Below are positions 1 to 9,029 of a stretch of DNA of 64,000 nt, one piece after another (the first letter of the stretch is position 1; every line of letters starts with the position of its first letter). A program made the translations under genes and the position numbers. Source of the DNA: a virus. Under the pieces are notes generated by a model that saw only the letters and a program-made list of their open reading frames with translations, had not been told where the DNA came from and searched no databases. The stretch covers positions 5,657 through 69,656 of IMG/VR virus record IMGVR_UViG_3300025534_000007. One strand, 5' to 3'.

Positions 1-2
1 CC

Positions 3-257
3 GAGCGCACCTACGAGTACCTCCTCGAACTCGGCATCGCCAAGGAGCACGCGCGCCTCGCCCTCCCGGTCGGCGTCTACACCGAGTTCCGCTGGACCGT
101 CAACGCCCGCGCGCTGATGAACTTCCTCGCGCTGCGCAACCACGCCTCAGCCATGCGCGAGATCCGAGGCTACGCCCAGGTCGTCGAGCGGTTCTTCGCC
201 GACTTCATGCCGGTGACCCACGAAGCTTTCGTCGAGTACGGGCGCGTCGCTCCGTGA
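3..257 (+). CDS. thyX: FAD-dependent thymidylate synthase, 3' part (5' truncated by window edge)
   Basis: Frame 3 translates to ERTYEYLLELGIAKEHARLALPVGVYTEFRWTVNARALMNFLALRNHASAMREIRGYA..., matching the ThyX C-terminal pattern (ARxxLP...TxNARxLxNFLxLR...xEIRxYA); TGA at 255-257. Confidence 0.9.
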   Translation, partial: ERTYEYLLELGIAKEHARLALPVGVYTEFRWTVNARALMNFLALRNHASAMREIRGYAQVVERFFADFMPVTHEAFVEYGRVAP

Positions 258-264
258 GTCTGCC

Positions 265-762
265 GTGTACTCGTTGAAGCGCCGCTTCGCCAAGGTCGTG
301 CGCTCCTATCAGCGCCTCAACGACCTCTACGCCAAGTCTCGGGCCCGAGAGGAAGCGCTCAAGGAGAAGGTGCGCGAGCTGCGCGCCGAGAACCGCGACC
401 TCAAGCACGAGCTGAAAGAGCGCGAGCGGTCGGCCACGAGCCTGGATGCCCTGCTCGCGGTCGTCCGCTATGCCTCCGCGCAGGCAGCGATCGCAGGCGA
501 CGACGCGACCTCCGAGAAGCTGGCCGAGTGGTACGAGGTCATGAGCGGAAACCTCAAACCGCCACCGCCCCACGCGGTCCATCGCATCACCGCGCTCTTG
601 AAGGCGTGGCTCGACTACCTCGACCTCGCAGACCGGGCGCCGCGCGATCTTGTTGATGATCGCAGAGACCATCTACGAAGGGAGACCATGCATGTCCTCG
701 ATCAGCTTCAGGCGCAGACTGCCGGACTCTTCGCTGGAGCCGACGGCGTTGCGCTGTCCTGA
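265..762 (+). CDS. hypothetical protein with N-terminal coiled coil
   Basis: 165-aa ORF directly after thyX, phage-like codon usage. Confidence 0.6.
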   Translation: MYSLKRRFAKVVRSYQRLNDLYAKSRAREEALKEKVRELRAENRDLKHELKERERSATSLDALLAVVRYASAQAAIAGDDATSEKLAEWYEVMSGNLKPPPPHAVHRITALLKAWLDYLDLADRAPRDLVDDRRDHLRRETMHVLDQLQAQTAGLFAGADGVALS

Positions 763-976
763 CTGCGGCAGCCGACACGTCCACATCCAGACCGCCAACC
801 CGAGCCGCGACTACTACGTCGAGCAGCTTGTCTGCTCGAAGTGCCGCGCCAAGACCAAACTCTGGGACGGCAACACGGCCGAGATGAACAAGCGCAAGCG
901 CTCCCGCAAGCTGTTGCGCAAGAAGATGCGCGCCGCCGCCCGTCGGCTAGATTCAGGCGGCGACGCGGATCTCTAG
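692..976 (+). CDS. zinc-ribbon protein with basic C-terminus
   Basis: CPDC...CSKC; GGGAGA RBS upstream of ATG 692; overlaps the previous ORF. Confidence 0.5.
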   Translation: MSSISFRRRLPDSSLEPTALRCPDCGSRHVHIQTANPSRDYYVEQLVCSKCRAKTKLWDGNTAEMNKRKRSRKLLRKKMRAAARRLDSGGDADL

Positions 977-977
977 G

Positions 978-1655
978 CTAGTACCAGCCGTTTGCGCGCT
1001 GGAATCCGTCAGCGCCGCACATGCTGCCGTAGCGGCCGACACTGTAGGAGATGAACCACCGGATCTGCGTCTCGGGGTTCGTCGCCCAGTCGGCACCGTG
1101 GGAGGCCATCTTGCTCCCCGGTAGCGCCTGCCCGATGCCGTAGGCACCGGACCCGCTCGTGTTGTAGACGTCGTGGCGCCAGCCAGACTCGCGCCACGCC
1201 AGCGCAACCGCGCAGTGAGCCTCCGCCATGCCTCGACGCTGCGAGACCATGAAGAGGATCAGGTTGCGGTTGCAGGTCGGCGTACCGCAGCGCATCGTCA
1301 TCCTGATGCGACGCTGCTCGGCGAACTTCTTCTCGTTCGCACGCATCCTGCGCAGCGCGGCCTTTGACTTCGCGCACTTGCGCATCATCGCGAGCTTGTG
1401 TCTCGCCTTCGCTGAGATCCGCGTTCGCCGGTAGACCGCCTTCGCATAGCGGCGGTGGGTGCTCACGGTCGCAACGCAGGTCGGCTTTGCGGGCTCGACC
1501 TTCTCCATTGCCACGACCGGTATGACGACCTCCTGAACGATTGGAGTCGGCGCCTGCTCAGGTGTGATTTCAGCGTCCTGAGCGAGCGCAGTCGTCGCGA
1601 GAGACAGGGATGCTGTCGCGCCTGCGACAACAAGAACTCGCGGCACAGGTCTCAT
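978..1655 (-). CDS. secreted lytic transglycosylase (actinobacterial SLT-like domain)
   Basis: Signal-peptide-like N-terminus (MRPVPRVLVVAGATASLSLATTALA); C-terminal AWRESGW...SGAYGIGQALPGSKMASHGADWATNPETQIRW...YSVGRYGSMCGA...GWY. Confidence 0.85.
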   Translation of the reverse strand: MRPVPRVLVVAGATASLSLATTALAQDAEITPEQAPTPIVQEVVIPVVAMEKVEPAKPTCVATVSTHRRYAKAVYRRTRISAKARHKLAMMRKCAKSKAALRRMRANEKKFAEQRRIRMTMRCGTPTCNRNLILFMVSQRRGMAEAHCAVALAWRESGWRHDVYNTSGSGAYGIGQALPGSKMASHGADWATNPETQIRWFISYSVGRYGSMCGADGFQRANGWY

Positions 1656-1796
1656 GGGCTTCCCTTCGCCAGCCTTCGCAGGTACCACGCCCTCGGGCTA
1701 CTTCCCCACGGTGCTGCGGCCGGGCGAGACGCCTAGGGGCCGCATGGCTGGTCGAGTGGACTCCTCCTTCCTCTGGACTACAGGTGCAGCCGATAC

Positions 1797-1810
1797 CCTA
1801 TCATCATAGG
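1797..1810. promoter_or_regulatory. palindromic motif CCTATCATCATAGG between divergent genes
   Basis: CCTAT/ATAGG arms; a TANNNT hexamer on each strand; ATG at 1812 starts 7 nt after TATCAT. Confidence 0.7.
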
Positions 1811-1811
1811 T

Positions 1812-2345
1812 ATGCGTGTTCTAGGCGTCGACCCATCCAGCCGTTCGCTCGGCTGGGCGCTCGTCGTCAGCAACACGCCGGTCGCTATCGGTGTCTGGAC
1901 ACCAAAGCCGAAGTCCGCGCCGTCGCTCCAACGCCTCATGCAGTGCTCCGAGGCAATGGACGTGCTCATGAACATGTACGAGCCCGACGAACTCGTCATC
2001 GAGGTCATCCGGGTCAGCACATCGCACGATACGACTCGCGTCCTCAGCCGTATCGAAGCTGCCGTCCTCATCGCCGCCCACCGGCACGGGATCACCCCGG
2101 ACCGCATCCACGAGCACGCCGTCGGCGAGGCACGCGCCGCCTACTTCAAGGAGGGCGGCATCAGCAAGCACGACGCCCACGACGTCGTCCGCACCCTCTA
2201 CCCCCAGCTCGACTGGCTGCCGAAGCTCACGGATTCCGGCCGAGACGGGCCTGGGCTTGACCAGTCCGACGCGCTCATCGCCGCGCTCGCCCGCGACAAG
2301 CTCGCCGCGCGGCCCAAGAAGAAGCGCCGCCGCAAGTCCGGCTAG
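1812..2345 (+). CDS. ruvC: RuvC-like Holliday junction resolvase
   Basis: MRVLGVDPSSRSLGWALV, LVIE, DQSDALIAA catalytic pattern. Confidence 0.8.
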   Translation: MRVLGVDPSSRSLGWALVVSNTPVAIGVWTPKPKSAPSLQRLMQCSEAMDVLMNMYEPDELVIEVIRVSTSHDTTRVLSRIEAAVLIAAHRHGITPDRIHEHAVGEARAAYFKEGGISKHDAHDVVRTLYPQLDWLPKLTDSGRDGPGLDQSDALIAALARDKLAARPKKKRRRKSG

Positions 2346-2363
2346 CGCATCAACATAGGTCGC

Positions 2364-2567
2364 GTGGATAGATCACTGTCACGCGCGATCTACACCGAAT
2401 CCGGACGGCGATCCGTCCTCATGTGCCCCTACTGCGAGGTCGAGCAAGATGTGCTCGCGTTCAAGTCGCTGTCCGTCGTCGCCAAGTACGCGGATCGCCT
2501 CAATCCGGTGCTCAAGTGCGTGCTGTGCCGACACGTCTTCAGCCCTAAGGAAGACGAGATCGCATGA
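2364..2567 (+). CDS. small zinc-binding protein
   Basis: CPYC...CVLC; coupled to the next gene by ATGA overlap. Confidence 0.6.
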   Translation: MDRSLSRAIYTESGRRSVLMCPYCEVEQDVLAFKSLSVVAKYADRLNPVLKCVLCRHVFSPKEDEIA

Positions 2568-2989
2568 ACCAACTCGACGTCGAACACGATCGCCTGCTCG
2601 CTGAGCGATTCGAGCACGTGCTCGCCACCAAGCTCGAACTCAGCGCCAAGAATGTTACGCCGGACGAGCGCCGCAAGCTCGCCGGGCTCTTGAAGTACTA
2701 CGCCAAGAAGCGCCACCCGTTCCGTGCCTGCGTGCGCGACAACACGAAGCGCTTCGGGCCCGATGGTGCCAAGCGCATCTGCGCGACGCTCAAGGACATC
2801 ATCAGGGGCACTACGCGCTGGCGCGGCAAGAACAACCCGCGCGACAAGGGCGCACCCGGGATTGTCGGCCTCAACGAGGACTACCTCGGTCCCCCAGAGA
2901 TCGACGAACGCCTCGCATCGATCATCGAAGAGCTTTCCGAACTCGACCTCTACGAGCTACTCGATCTCGCCGCGCTTGACGACGATTAA
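2564..2989 (+). CDS. hypothetical protein upstream of head genes
   Basis: 141-aa ORF (HPFRACVRDNTKRFG...CATLKD), translationally coupled. Confidence 0.65.
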   Translation: MNQLDVEHDRLLAERFEHVLATKLELSAKNVTPDERRKLAGLLKYYAKKRHPFRACVRDNTKRFGPDGAKRICATLKDIIRGTTRWRGKNNPRDKGAPGIVGLNEDYLGPPEIDERLASIIEELSELDLYELLDLAALDDD

Positions 2990-3047
2990 CGTTCTGCGCT
3001 CCGAATCTGATGTCAGGGTGGCGGTCTAACTTGATAGGTGAACTGCC

Positions 3048-4520
3048 ATGCCGACGAGTTTCATCCCAACCCCACCGATGGTTGAGGCCGCATTTCGCGG
3101 TCTCCATCTCGCAGAGGGTCGTGATCTGGAGATCGCGCCCGACGCCAAGGCGTGGGCACAGAAGATCTCCGAGGGCGAGTCGCTGACTGCCGACGAGGTC
3201 AAGGCGATCGAGGCCACCTTCTCGGAGACGCGCGCTCGTCGCACGCCCGAGTGGGGCAAGCCCGGCGAGGAGACCGACGCCTACGTCGCGCACATGCTCT
3301 GTGGCGGCGACGCCGGTCTCATCTGGGCGAAGAGCGCCGTCCGCGAAATCGGACTCTCCGAGGACAAGGACGCCGAGAGCACCACGGACGAGCCCACGGT
3401 CCACGTCTACAAGGAGCTGTTCTTCGACGAGGCCGGCGCCGTCACGATGGACAACGACGGGCGCATCTGGAAGCCGGTCCTGCGCGAGGGCACCTGGGCT
3501 GTCGGTCCCAACGGCCGCAGTCTCAGGGTGATCCCCGGTCGCTCGCATAACCAGCGCGAGGTGATCGGCATGCAGGACATCGTCGACGCCCATAACGAGG
3601 GCGCCGTCGAGCACGTCACGATCCCCTTGTCGCACGACGACCGGGTCGACGAGAACACCGGCTACGTCGACAAGGGCTGCGTGAAGATCGTCCGTGGCGA
3701 GGACGGCGTGCATCGCATGTACGTCGGCCATCGCTTCACCGAGCCGGACGTCAAGGCCAAGGTCGAGCGCGGATCGATCGCCAACACGTCGGTCGGTCTG
3801 GAGTTCGACTACGTGCGCAAGGAGGACGGGCGCCGCTTCCCCGTCGTCCTCAAGCACGTCGCCCTGACGAACCGGCCGTGGATCAACCGCCTCACCCCCT
3901 TCGGCGTGCAGGCGAGCGAAGGCGACGCCTACGAGGTCGAGTCGCTCGTCTTCGCCGAGCCCAACAACGACTCAAGCAACCACTCCGAGAAGGAGATGAG
4001 TGAAGCCATGCCCCAGGAGATCAAGGACTTCTCGGAGACCGAGGAGTACCAGGCGCTCAAGCAGAAGAACGAGGAGCTGGAGGCGCAGCTCGCCCGCCAG
4101 AATGAGCTGATCGCGCACTTCGCCGAGAAGGAGCGTGAGCGCGAGGCTGATCAGCTCATCGCCGACCTCAAGGCCGTCGGTTTCACCGAGGAGGCGGGCT
4201 GCACGGAGTTCCTCAAGTTCAGCCGCTCGCTGATGCTTTCCGACAAGGGCGAGACCGCTGTCCTGCTGTCGGAGGACGGCCAGGCTGAGCGCCCGCTGTC
4301 GATCGCCGGTGTCCTGCGCGAGCTGTTCTCGAAGCTCCCGCAGACCAACGGCGAGGGTAAGCGACTCCAGGTCCAGTTCTCCGAGATGGTCAGCGACCCG
4401 CTGGGCCTCAGCGAGTTCACCCGACCGGACGCCGAGCCCAAGCACAAGCCCACCACCGAGGAGCTGGACAGGGAGTACGAGGCGATGTTCGGCTCCATCC
4501 AGGTTCCGACCCAGGTGTGA
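3048..4520 (+). CDS. capsid maturation protease/scaffold fusion (Mu gpI-like)
   Basis: LSHDD...ANTSVG...VVLKHVALTNRPW protease core, then an acidic coiled-coil scaffold; lies before decoration and capsid genes. Confidence 0.8.
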   Translation: MPTSFIPTPPMVEAAFRGLHLAEGRDLEIAPDAKAWAQKISEGESLTADEVKAIEATFSETRARRTPEWGKPGEETDAYVAHMLCGGDAGLIWAKSAVREIGLSEDKDAESTTDEPTVHVYKELFFDEAGAVTMDNDGRIWKPVLREGTWAVGPNGRSLRVIPGRSHNQREVIGMQDIVDAHNEGAVEHVTIPLSHDDRVDENTGYVDKGCVKIVRGEDGVHRMYVGHRFTEPDVKAKVERGSIANTSVGLEFDYVRKEDGRRFPVVLKHVALTNRPWINRLTPFGVQASEGDAYEVESLVFAEPNNDSSNHSEKEMSEAMPQEIKDFSETEEYQALKQKNEELEAQLARQNELIAHFAEKEREREADQLIADLKAVGFTEEAGCTEFLKFSRSLMLSDKGETAVLLSEDGQAERPLSIAGVLRELFSKLPQTNGEGKRLQVQFSEMVSDPLGLSEFTRPDAEPKHKPTTEELDREYEAMFGSIQVPTQV

Positions 4521-4540
4521 AGAAGGAGCCCTGAACAACG

Positions 4541-4939
4541 ATGTACGGAGTCAACCAGGTCAAGGTCGGCACGGAAGAGATCCTCGTCTTCCCGGCTGGT
4601 CTCGACGCGATCAAGAACGTCGCCCTCGACGCTTCACTCGTCCAGCCGGATCCGACCAACCACAACCGGCGCATCCTCAAGGCCGGGACGCTGCTCACGA
4701 GCGCTGGCACGGTTTCGCCGACCGGCGATAAGCAGTACAAGCGCTACACCGGCACCGGGATCATCGAGGGCGTCCTCGCCGACGACGTCGAGTTCCTCGA
4801 CGGCTCGTCCAACTCGGATCGCGCGTGGGGCATGTACTACCACGGCTGCGTCTTCCGAGCTTCCAAGATCGTCGACTGGTCGCTGTACGGCCCTGACGCC
4901 AAGTCGACGCTGAACACCTGCAAGTTCGAGACGTTCTGA
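4541..4939 (+). CDS. head decoration protein
   Basis: 132 aa between scaffold and capsid genes; RRILKAGTLL...EGVLADDV pattern. Confidence 0.65.
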   Translation: MYGVNQVKVGTEEILVFPAGLDAIKNVALDASLVQPDPTNHNRRILKAGTLLTSAGTVSPTGDKQYKRYTGTGIIEGVLADDVEFLDGSSNSDRAWGMYYHGCVFRASKIVDWSLYGPDAKSTLNTCKFETF

Positions 4940-4980
4940 CGCTGGGCTGACACCAGTTTCAGACAGGAAGTGAAGTAGAG

Positions 4981-6090
4981 ATGCCTCAGACCACGTTCGA
5001 CATCTGGGATACCGCCCAGCTCACCCACATGGTCGAGCGTCGACTGACGGTCGGCAAGGAGAACACGCCGTCTCTCGGCGATCGCCTCGCCCCGTTCGTC
5101 GACGTTCAGTCGCGGAAGGTCAAGTACCGTGTCGCCGAGGTCGATGCGTTCGGCATCGGCAAGCTCCGGGCGCCCGACGGCAACCCGCAGCTCTACCGCT
5201 CGTCCATGACGTACACGGACCAGCTCGTGGAGCTGGCCCTGCCGGACGAGATGGAGCGCATCGACGAGGACACGATGCTTCGGCTCAACTCCTCGGACGA
5301 GAACATCCGTCGCTCGGCCGGTGCCGACGTCATCACGCGCGGCTCGATCCTCGCTCTGCGCAACTACCGCAAGATCGAGGCCATGCGGTGGGAGATGTTC
5401 CTCACCGGCAAGGTCACGCTCGATTACGACGACTCCAACGTCCAGATCGACTTCGGCCTCCCGGCCGACCACCAGGTCATCCCGACGATCGCCTGGACCA
5501 ACACGCAGGCGGCGAACATCGTCGACCAGGTCCGCGCGTGGCAGAAGAAGGTCGCCGACGACGTCGGCCACCTGGCGCTGCACATCTACATGAACTCCAC
5601 GACCTGGGAGTACGTCTACAACAACAAGGGCATCCGCGATCTGCTGTCGACCTGGGGTCGTTCGCTCATGGTCCCGACGCGCGAGGAGGTCGCGCGCCTG
5701 TTTCACGAGGGCACGACCATCGAGATCTACGACGGCGGCTACCGGCCCGAGGGTGCGGTCGGCCGTGGCGACTCGTCGCTGACCAAGTGGCTGCCGGACG
5801 GCTACGTCCTCATGACGACCGATCACATCATCGACGGTCAGCGGATCGCGGACACGCCGAACGGCCAGGTGCTCGTCTCGACGGGCTACAACAGCGCCGA
5901 GCCGCGCCAGGGCCCGGCGTCTGAGACCATCCTGCACCCGGTCTCCCACAACACGTTCCTCCGCTACGCGCGTGCGGCCATCCCCCGCATGCTCGTCCCC
6001 GAGGCGTTCTTCGTTGCCGACGTCTACCAGGGCGTGGAGGAGCCGCCCGGGTCGGAGGAGGGTGGCAACGGCGGTTCGGGTCAGAGCTGA
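4981..6090 (+). CDS. major capsid protein (lambda gpE-like)
   Basis: 369 aa; position; IEAMRWEMFLTGKV, IDFGLP, IYMNSTTW; Gly/Ser-rich C-terminal extension. Confidence 0.85.
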   Translation: MPQTTFDIWDTAQLTHMVERRLTVGKENTPSLGDRLAPFVDVQSRKVKYRVAEVDAFGIGKLRAPDGNPQLYRSSMTYTDQLVELALPDEMERIDEDTMLRLNSSDENIRRSAGADVITRGSILALRNYRKIEAMRWEMFLTGKVTLDYDDSNVQIDFGLPADHQVIPTIAWTNTQAANIVDQVRAWQKKVADDVGHLALHIYMNSTTWEYVYNNKGIRDLLSTWGRSLMVPTREEVARLFHEGTTIEIYDGGYRPEGAVGRGDSSLTKWLPDGYVLMTTDHIIDGQRIADTPNGQVLVSTGYNSAEPRQGPASETILHPVSHNTFLRYARAAIPRMLVPEAFFVADVYQGVEEPPGSEEGGNGGSGQS

Positions 6091-6100
6091 TTGGTAGTTT

Positions 6101-6114
6101 CCTATCAACATAGG
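6101..6114. promoter_or_regulatory. palindromic motif CCTATCAACATAGG
   Basis: Copy of the genome-wide motif, 15 nt upstream of the ORF at 6130. Confidence 0.65.
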
Positions 6115-6129
6115 TAAGGAGAGCTACCG

Positions 6130-6591
6130 ATGGCATTCAAGGTCCGACTCGATCTCAACCGCGCGGTCTCGGTGACCCTGGTCACCGGGTACGACAAGAC
6201 CCGCCCGGGCAACTACTCCACCAAGGAGGTCATCCTCCTGCCCGGTGCGAAGGTCCCCGACAACGTCGACCCGTTCATCATCGAGCGCTGGAACGCAGGC
6301 GACCGTGCCCTGCGAGCCATCCTCGAAGTCGACGAGGACGGCGTTCCGGAGTCCCCGTTCGCGCCGAAGGCCGAGCAGGCCGCGCCCGAGCCCGAGCCGG
6401 AAGCCCAGACGACCGCGACGACCGACTACAGCTCGCTCACCAACGACCAGCTCGCGCAGCTCGCCGACGAGCGTGGTCTGGACGTGAAGCGTCTGGACGG
6501 CAGCGACGGAAAGCCTCGCAAGGAGGACTACGTCGCGGCCCTCAAGGCGGCCGACGCGGCGCCGGTCAACCCGTTCGGCGCCGTGGCCTGA
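6130..6591 (+). CDS. hypothetical protein with C-terminal HeH/Rho-N-like helical domain
   Basis: DYSSLTNDQLAQLADERGLDVK...KEDYVAAL; ends VNPFGAVA. Confidence 0.65.
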   Translation: MAFKVRLDLNRAVSVTLVTGYDKTRPGNYSTKEVILLPGAKVPDNVDPFIIERWNAGDRALRAILEVDEDGVPESPFAPKAEQAAPEPEPEAQTTATTDYSSLTNDQLAQLADERGLDVKRLDGSDGKPRKEDYVAALKAADAAPVNPFGAVA

Positions 6592-6619
6592 TCGCCACGA
6601 GCCGGTTCAGGACCCAGAT

Positions 6620-6660
6620 GAGGGGCGAGCGCAGCGAACTGCCTCGCCCCTCGCTTCTTC
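6620..6660 (+). terminator. intrinsic terminator-like hairpin
   Basis: GAGGGGCGAG/CTCGCCCCTC plus GCAG/CTGC stem, followed by GCTTCTTC. Confidence 0.6.
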
Positions 6661-6667
6661 TAGGCCG

Positions 6668-7438
6668 ATGCCCACAGTCACGTTCAAGGACATAGCCCCG
6701 CCATCTCGATCCAACGGCATCGCTTGGGTCGCCGTCAACGTCTACTACGCGGACACCGAGAGTGGGCCGTTCTCGATCATCGATCAGCTCCACCTCTCGC
6801 CGCTCGACGTCGACCCCGAGCACCCGATGGCGCGCACCTTCATGACGTCGAAGGCCCCTGCCGACAGCGGGTGGTTCGAGCTGGAGTTCATCGATAACTC
6901 GGCTGACTCCGAGAAGCTGCCGGTCATCTACATCGAGGCCGAGCCCGTCAGCGAGATCGCCAAGCTCGTGCGCTCCTACATCCCCGAGAGCTACCGAGCG
7001 CTGGTGAACGATGATGACTACGGCCAGGAGATGGTCAACCTGCGCATCGAGGCCGCGCGCTACGAGGTCCTCCCTGCCGCGCTCGCCAACGCCGACGAGT
7101 CCACCTACAGTCCGCTGATGAAGGACTACGTCGCCTGCACGGCAGCGCTCCAGCTCATCCCGGCAGCGCGCGACTACTGGATGCGCCAGAAGATCTCCCT
7201 GTCCAGCGGCTCCCAGGAGAATCTCACGCTGCCGGACCCGATCCAGGCGCTCAAGGACCAGGAGACGAACCTGATGCGCCGTCTGGCGAACCTCTCAGCC
7301 AACCCGGCGATCGTCGCGCTCGGCTCCCAGAGTCTCGACTACCCGCAGGTCAGCTCGACCGGCGACTTCATCACCACCGATCCGTTCGAGTGGCCTCCGG
7401 CCTTCGAGACCGGCACCACGACGCCATCCGAGGTCTGA
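6668..7438 (+). CDS. putative head-tail adaptor
   Basis: 256 aa; first gene after the capsid operon; assignment mainly from synteny. Confidence 0.5.
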   Translation: MPTVTFKDIAPPSRSNGIAWVAVNVYYADTESGPFSIIDQLHLSPLDVDPEHPMARTFMTSKAPADSGWFELEFIDNSADSEKLPVIYIEAEPVSEIAKLVRSYIPESYRALVNDDDYGQEMVNLRIEAARYEVLPAALANADESTYSPLMKDYVACTAALQLIPAARDYWMRQKISLSSGSQENLTLPDPIQALKDQETNLMRRLANLSANPAIVALGSQSLDYPQVSSTGDFITTDPFEWPPAFETGTTTPSEV

Positions 7439-7443
7439 CCCCA

Positions 7444-8076
7444 ATGGCGCAGTTCGATTCCCGCATCGACGTCGAGCGTCTCCAGCTCGCGCTCTACACC
7501 GTCATCTACCGCAACATCAACTCCTACGTCGTCGCCGAGCAGAAGGCGTCAGTCGCGCTCGACGAGAAGCTCGCCGAGATCCGCCAGACTCCGGTCACGC
7601 CGGTCGTGCTGGAGCAGTTCGAGCCTCGCAACATCCACTACGGCCACAAGCCGTCGATGATCGAACAGCCGATTGAACGCTTCCCGACGCTCTCGGTCAT
7701 GGCCTGGACCGCATCGCAGTCCGCCTTCAACATGCAGATGAGCGCCGGGTTTAACGTCCAGATCGGCGCCACTGTCGAAGCCATCGTGCGATCTGACCCG
7801 CTCCCGATGAACGGGTCTCAGGACGAGTTCGGCGAAGAGCAGGTTGGCAAACGCATCAAGCGCACGATGGAGGCGATCAATCAGATCATCTCCGACAACC
7901 CGTCGCTCGACGGCGAGTTTATGCCCAGCGACCAGCCGCCGCGTGTCATCTTCGGCGACATCTTTGAGCGTGAAGGCGACGACCCGAAGAACGCGACGAA
8001 TCGCTACATGTGGCAGGGCGTTCGCATGGAGTACGCCTTCACCAAGCAGCTGTTCACGTACAACATCGATCAGTGA
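7444..8076 (+). CDS. putative tail terminator/neck protein
   Basis: ATG 7444; position before the major tail gene. Confidence 0.5.
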   Translation: MAQFDSRIDVERLQLALYTVIYRNINSYVVAEQKASVALDEKLAEIRQTPVTPVVLEQFEPRNIHYGHKPSMIEQPIERFPTLSVMAWTASQSAFNMQMSAGFNVQIGATVEAIVRSDPLPMNGSQDEFGEEQVGKRIKRTMEAINQIISDNPSLDGEFMPSDQPPRVIFGDIFEREGDDPKNATNRYMWQGVRMEYAFTKQLFTYNIDQ

Positions 8077-8086
8077 CGGAGCACAC

Positions 8087-8305
8087 ATGAAGAACTACGT
8101 CTACAAAGGCAATCGCTCCGATCGAGATCTGACCTCAGAGATCGCCTTCGGTGATCAGCGGGTCGGGCTCGGCGGCACGATTCGTCTCTCTGACGAGGAC
8201 TATGAGCGCATCAGCAAGCTCTTCATCCTCGAAGCGGTCGAAGCGCCGAAGTCCGGTTCGGACGGTACTGTGAACAAGGAGTCCAGCCCCTCAAATAAGC
8301 GCTGA
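8087..8305 (+). CDS. small hypothetical virion-region protein
   Basis: GGAG RBS, ATG 8087, 72 aa (MKNYVYKGNRSD...). Confidence 0.55.
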   Translation: MKNYVYKGNRSDRDLTSEIAFGDQRVGLGGTIRLSDEDYERISKLFILEAVEAPKSGSDGTVNKESSPSNKR

Positions 8306-8350
8306 GACCGACCCGTTCAACGTGACACCTGAAAGGGGCTGATCAAGAAA

Positions 8351-8971
8351 ATGGCCGACCAGTTCTATCCCGTTCGCATGGACCCGACGGAAGGGCTCTT
8401 CCGCGCGCCGGGTCGTCTCCTCTTCGCCGATCTGTCGCAGCCCTTCCCGACCCAGATCAGCGACATCATCGACATGTCCACCTTTGCTGCGAAGCAGGGT
8501 TGGACCGACGTCGGCGCGACGAAGGGTGGCGTCTCCATCTCGTTCAACAACTCCGAGGAGTCGCTCACCATCGACCAGTCCACCGCCGAGATCGCGTCGA
8601 TGCCGACCACGGTCGAGATGACCGTCTCGACCCAGCTCTCGGAGGCTACGCTGGAGTGGCTCGCGTGGGCCTGGGAAGGCGACAGCGTCACGACCAACGT
8701 GTCCCCGACCGTCGCCGAGAAGGTCACGCACTTCGGCCCGTTCGAGAGCTACACGGTTCGTCGCCTGGCTGTCGGCGCGCGTCGCCCGCAGACCGGCCGC
8801 ATCCGCTTCTTCGTCTTCCGCAAGGCGCAGCGCGCTCCGGCCGACTCGTCGCTGGAGTTCAACTCGACGGGCGACCAGCAGACGATCCCGGTGGAGTTCC
8901 GCATCCTGCCCGACACGTCGGTGCCGAACATCAAGCAGCAGTTCGCCACCGTCTTCGATCAGGTCGCCTGA
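8351..8971 (+). CDS. major tail (tube) protein
   Basis: 206 aa; GWTDVGATKGGVSISF...IDQ...LSEATLEWLAWA siphovirus tube pattern. Confidence 0.8.
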   Translation: MADQFYPVRMDPTEGLFRAPGRLLFADLSQPFPTQISDIIDMSTFAAKQGWTDVGATKGGVSISFNNSEESLTIDQSTAEIASMPTTVEMTVSTQLSEATLEWLAWAWEGDSVTTNVSPTVAEKVTHFGPFESYTVRRLAVGARRPQTGRIRFFVFRKAQRAPADSSLEFNSTGDQQTIPVEFRILPDTSVPNIKQQFATVFDQVA

Positions 8972-8999
8972 CCCTCTCACCCGAGCCATGTGCGGCGAG

Positions 9000-9029
9000 C
9001 GGCCCGGCCTCAGCGCCGGGCCGTTTCGT
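9000..9029 (+). terminator. intrinsic terminator-like hairpin
   Basis: CGGCCCGGC-CTCAGC-GCCGGGCCG followed by TTTCGT. Confidence 0.65.

Noticed and set aside
1656-1796. Possible c-di-AMP (ydaO) riboswitch ahead of the transglycosylase
   Set aside because: Expected from actinobacterial precedent, but the conserved blocks (GCUGAAUC, GGGGGAACC, CCCGUCAGCUAAC) are not present; only a GGCTG/CAGCC stem is visible.
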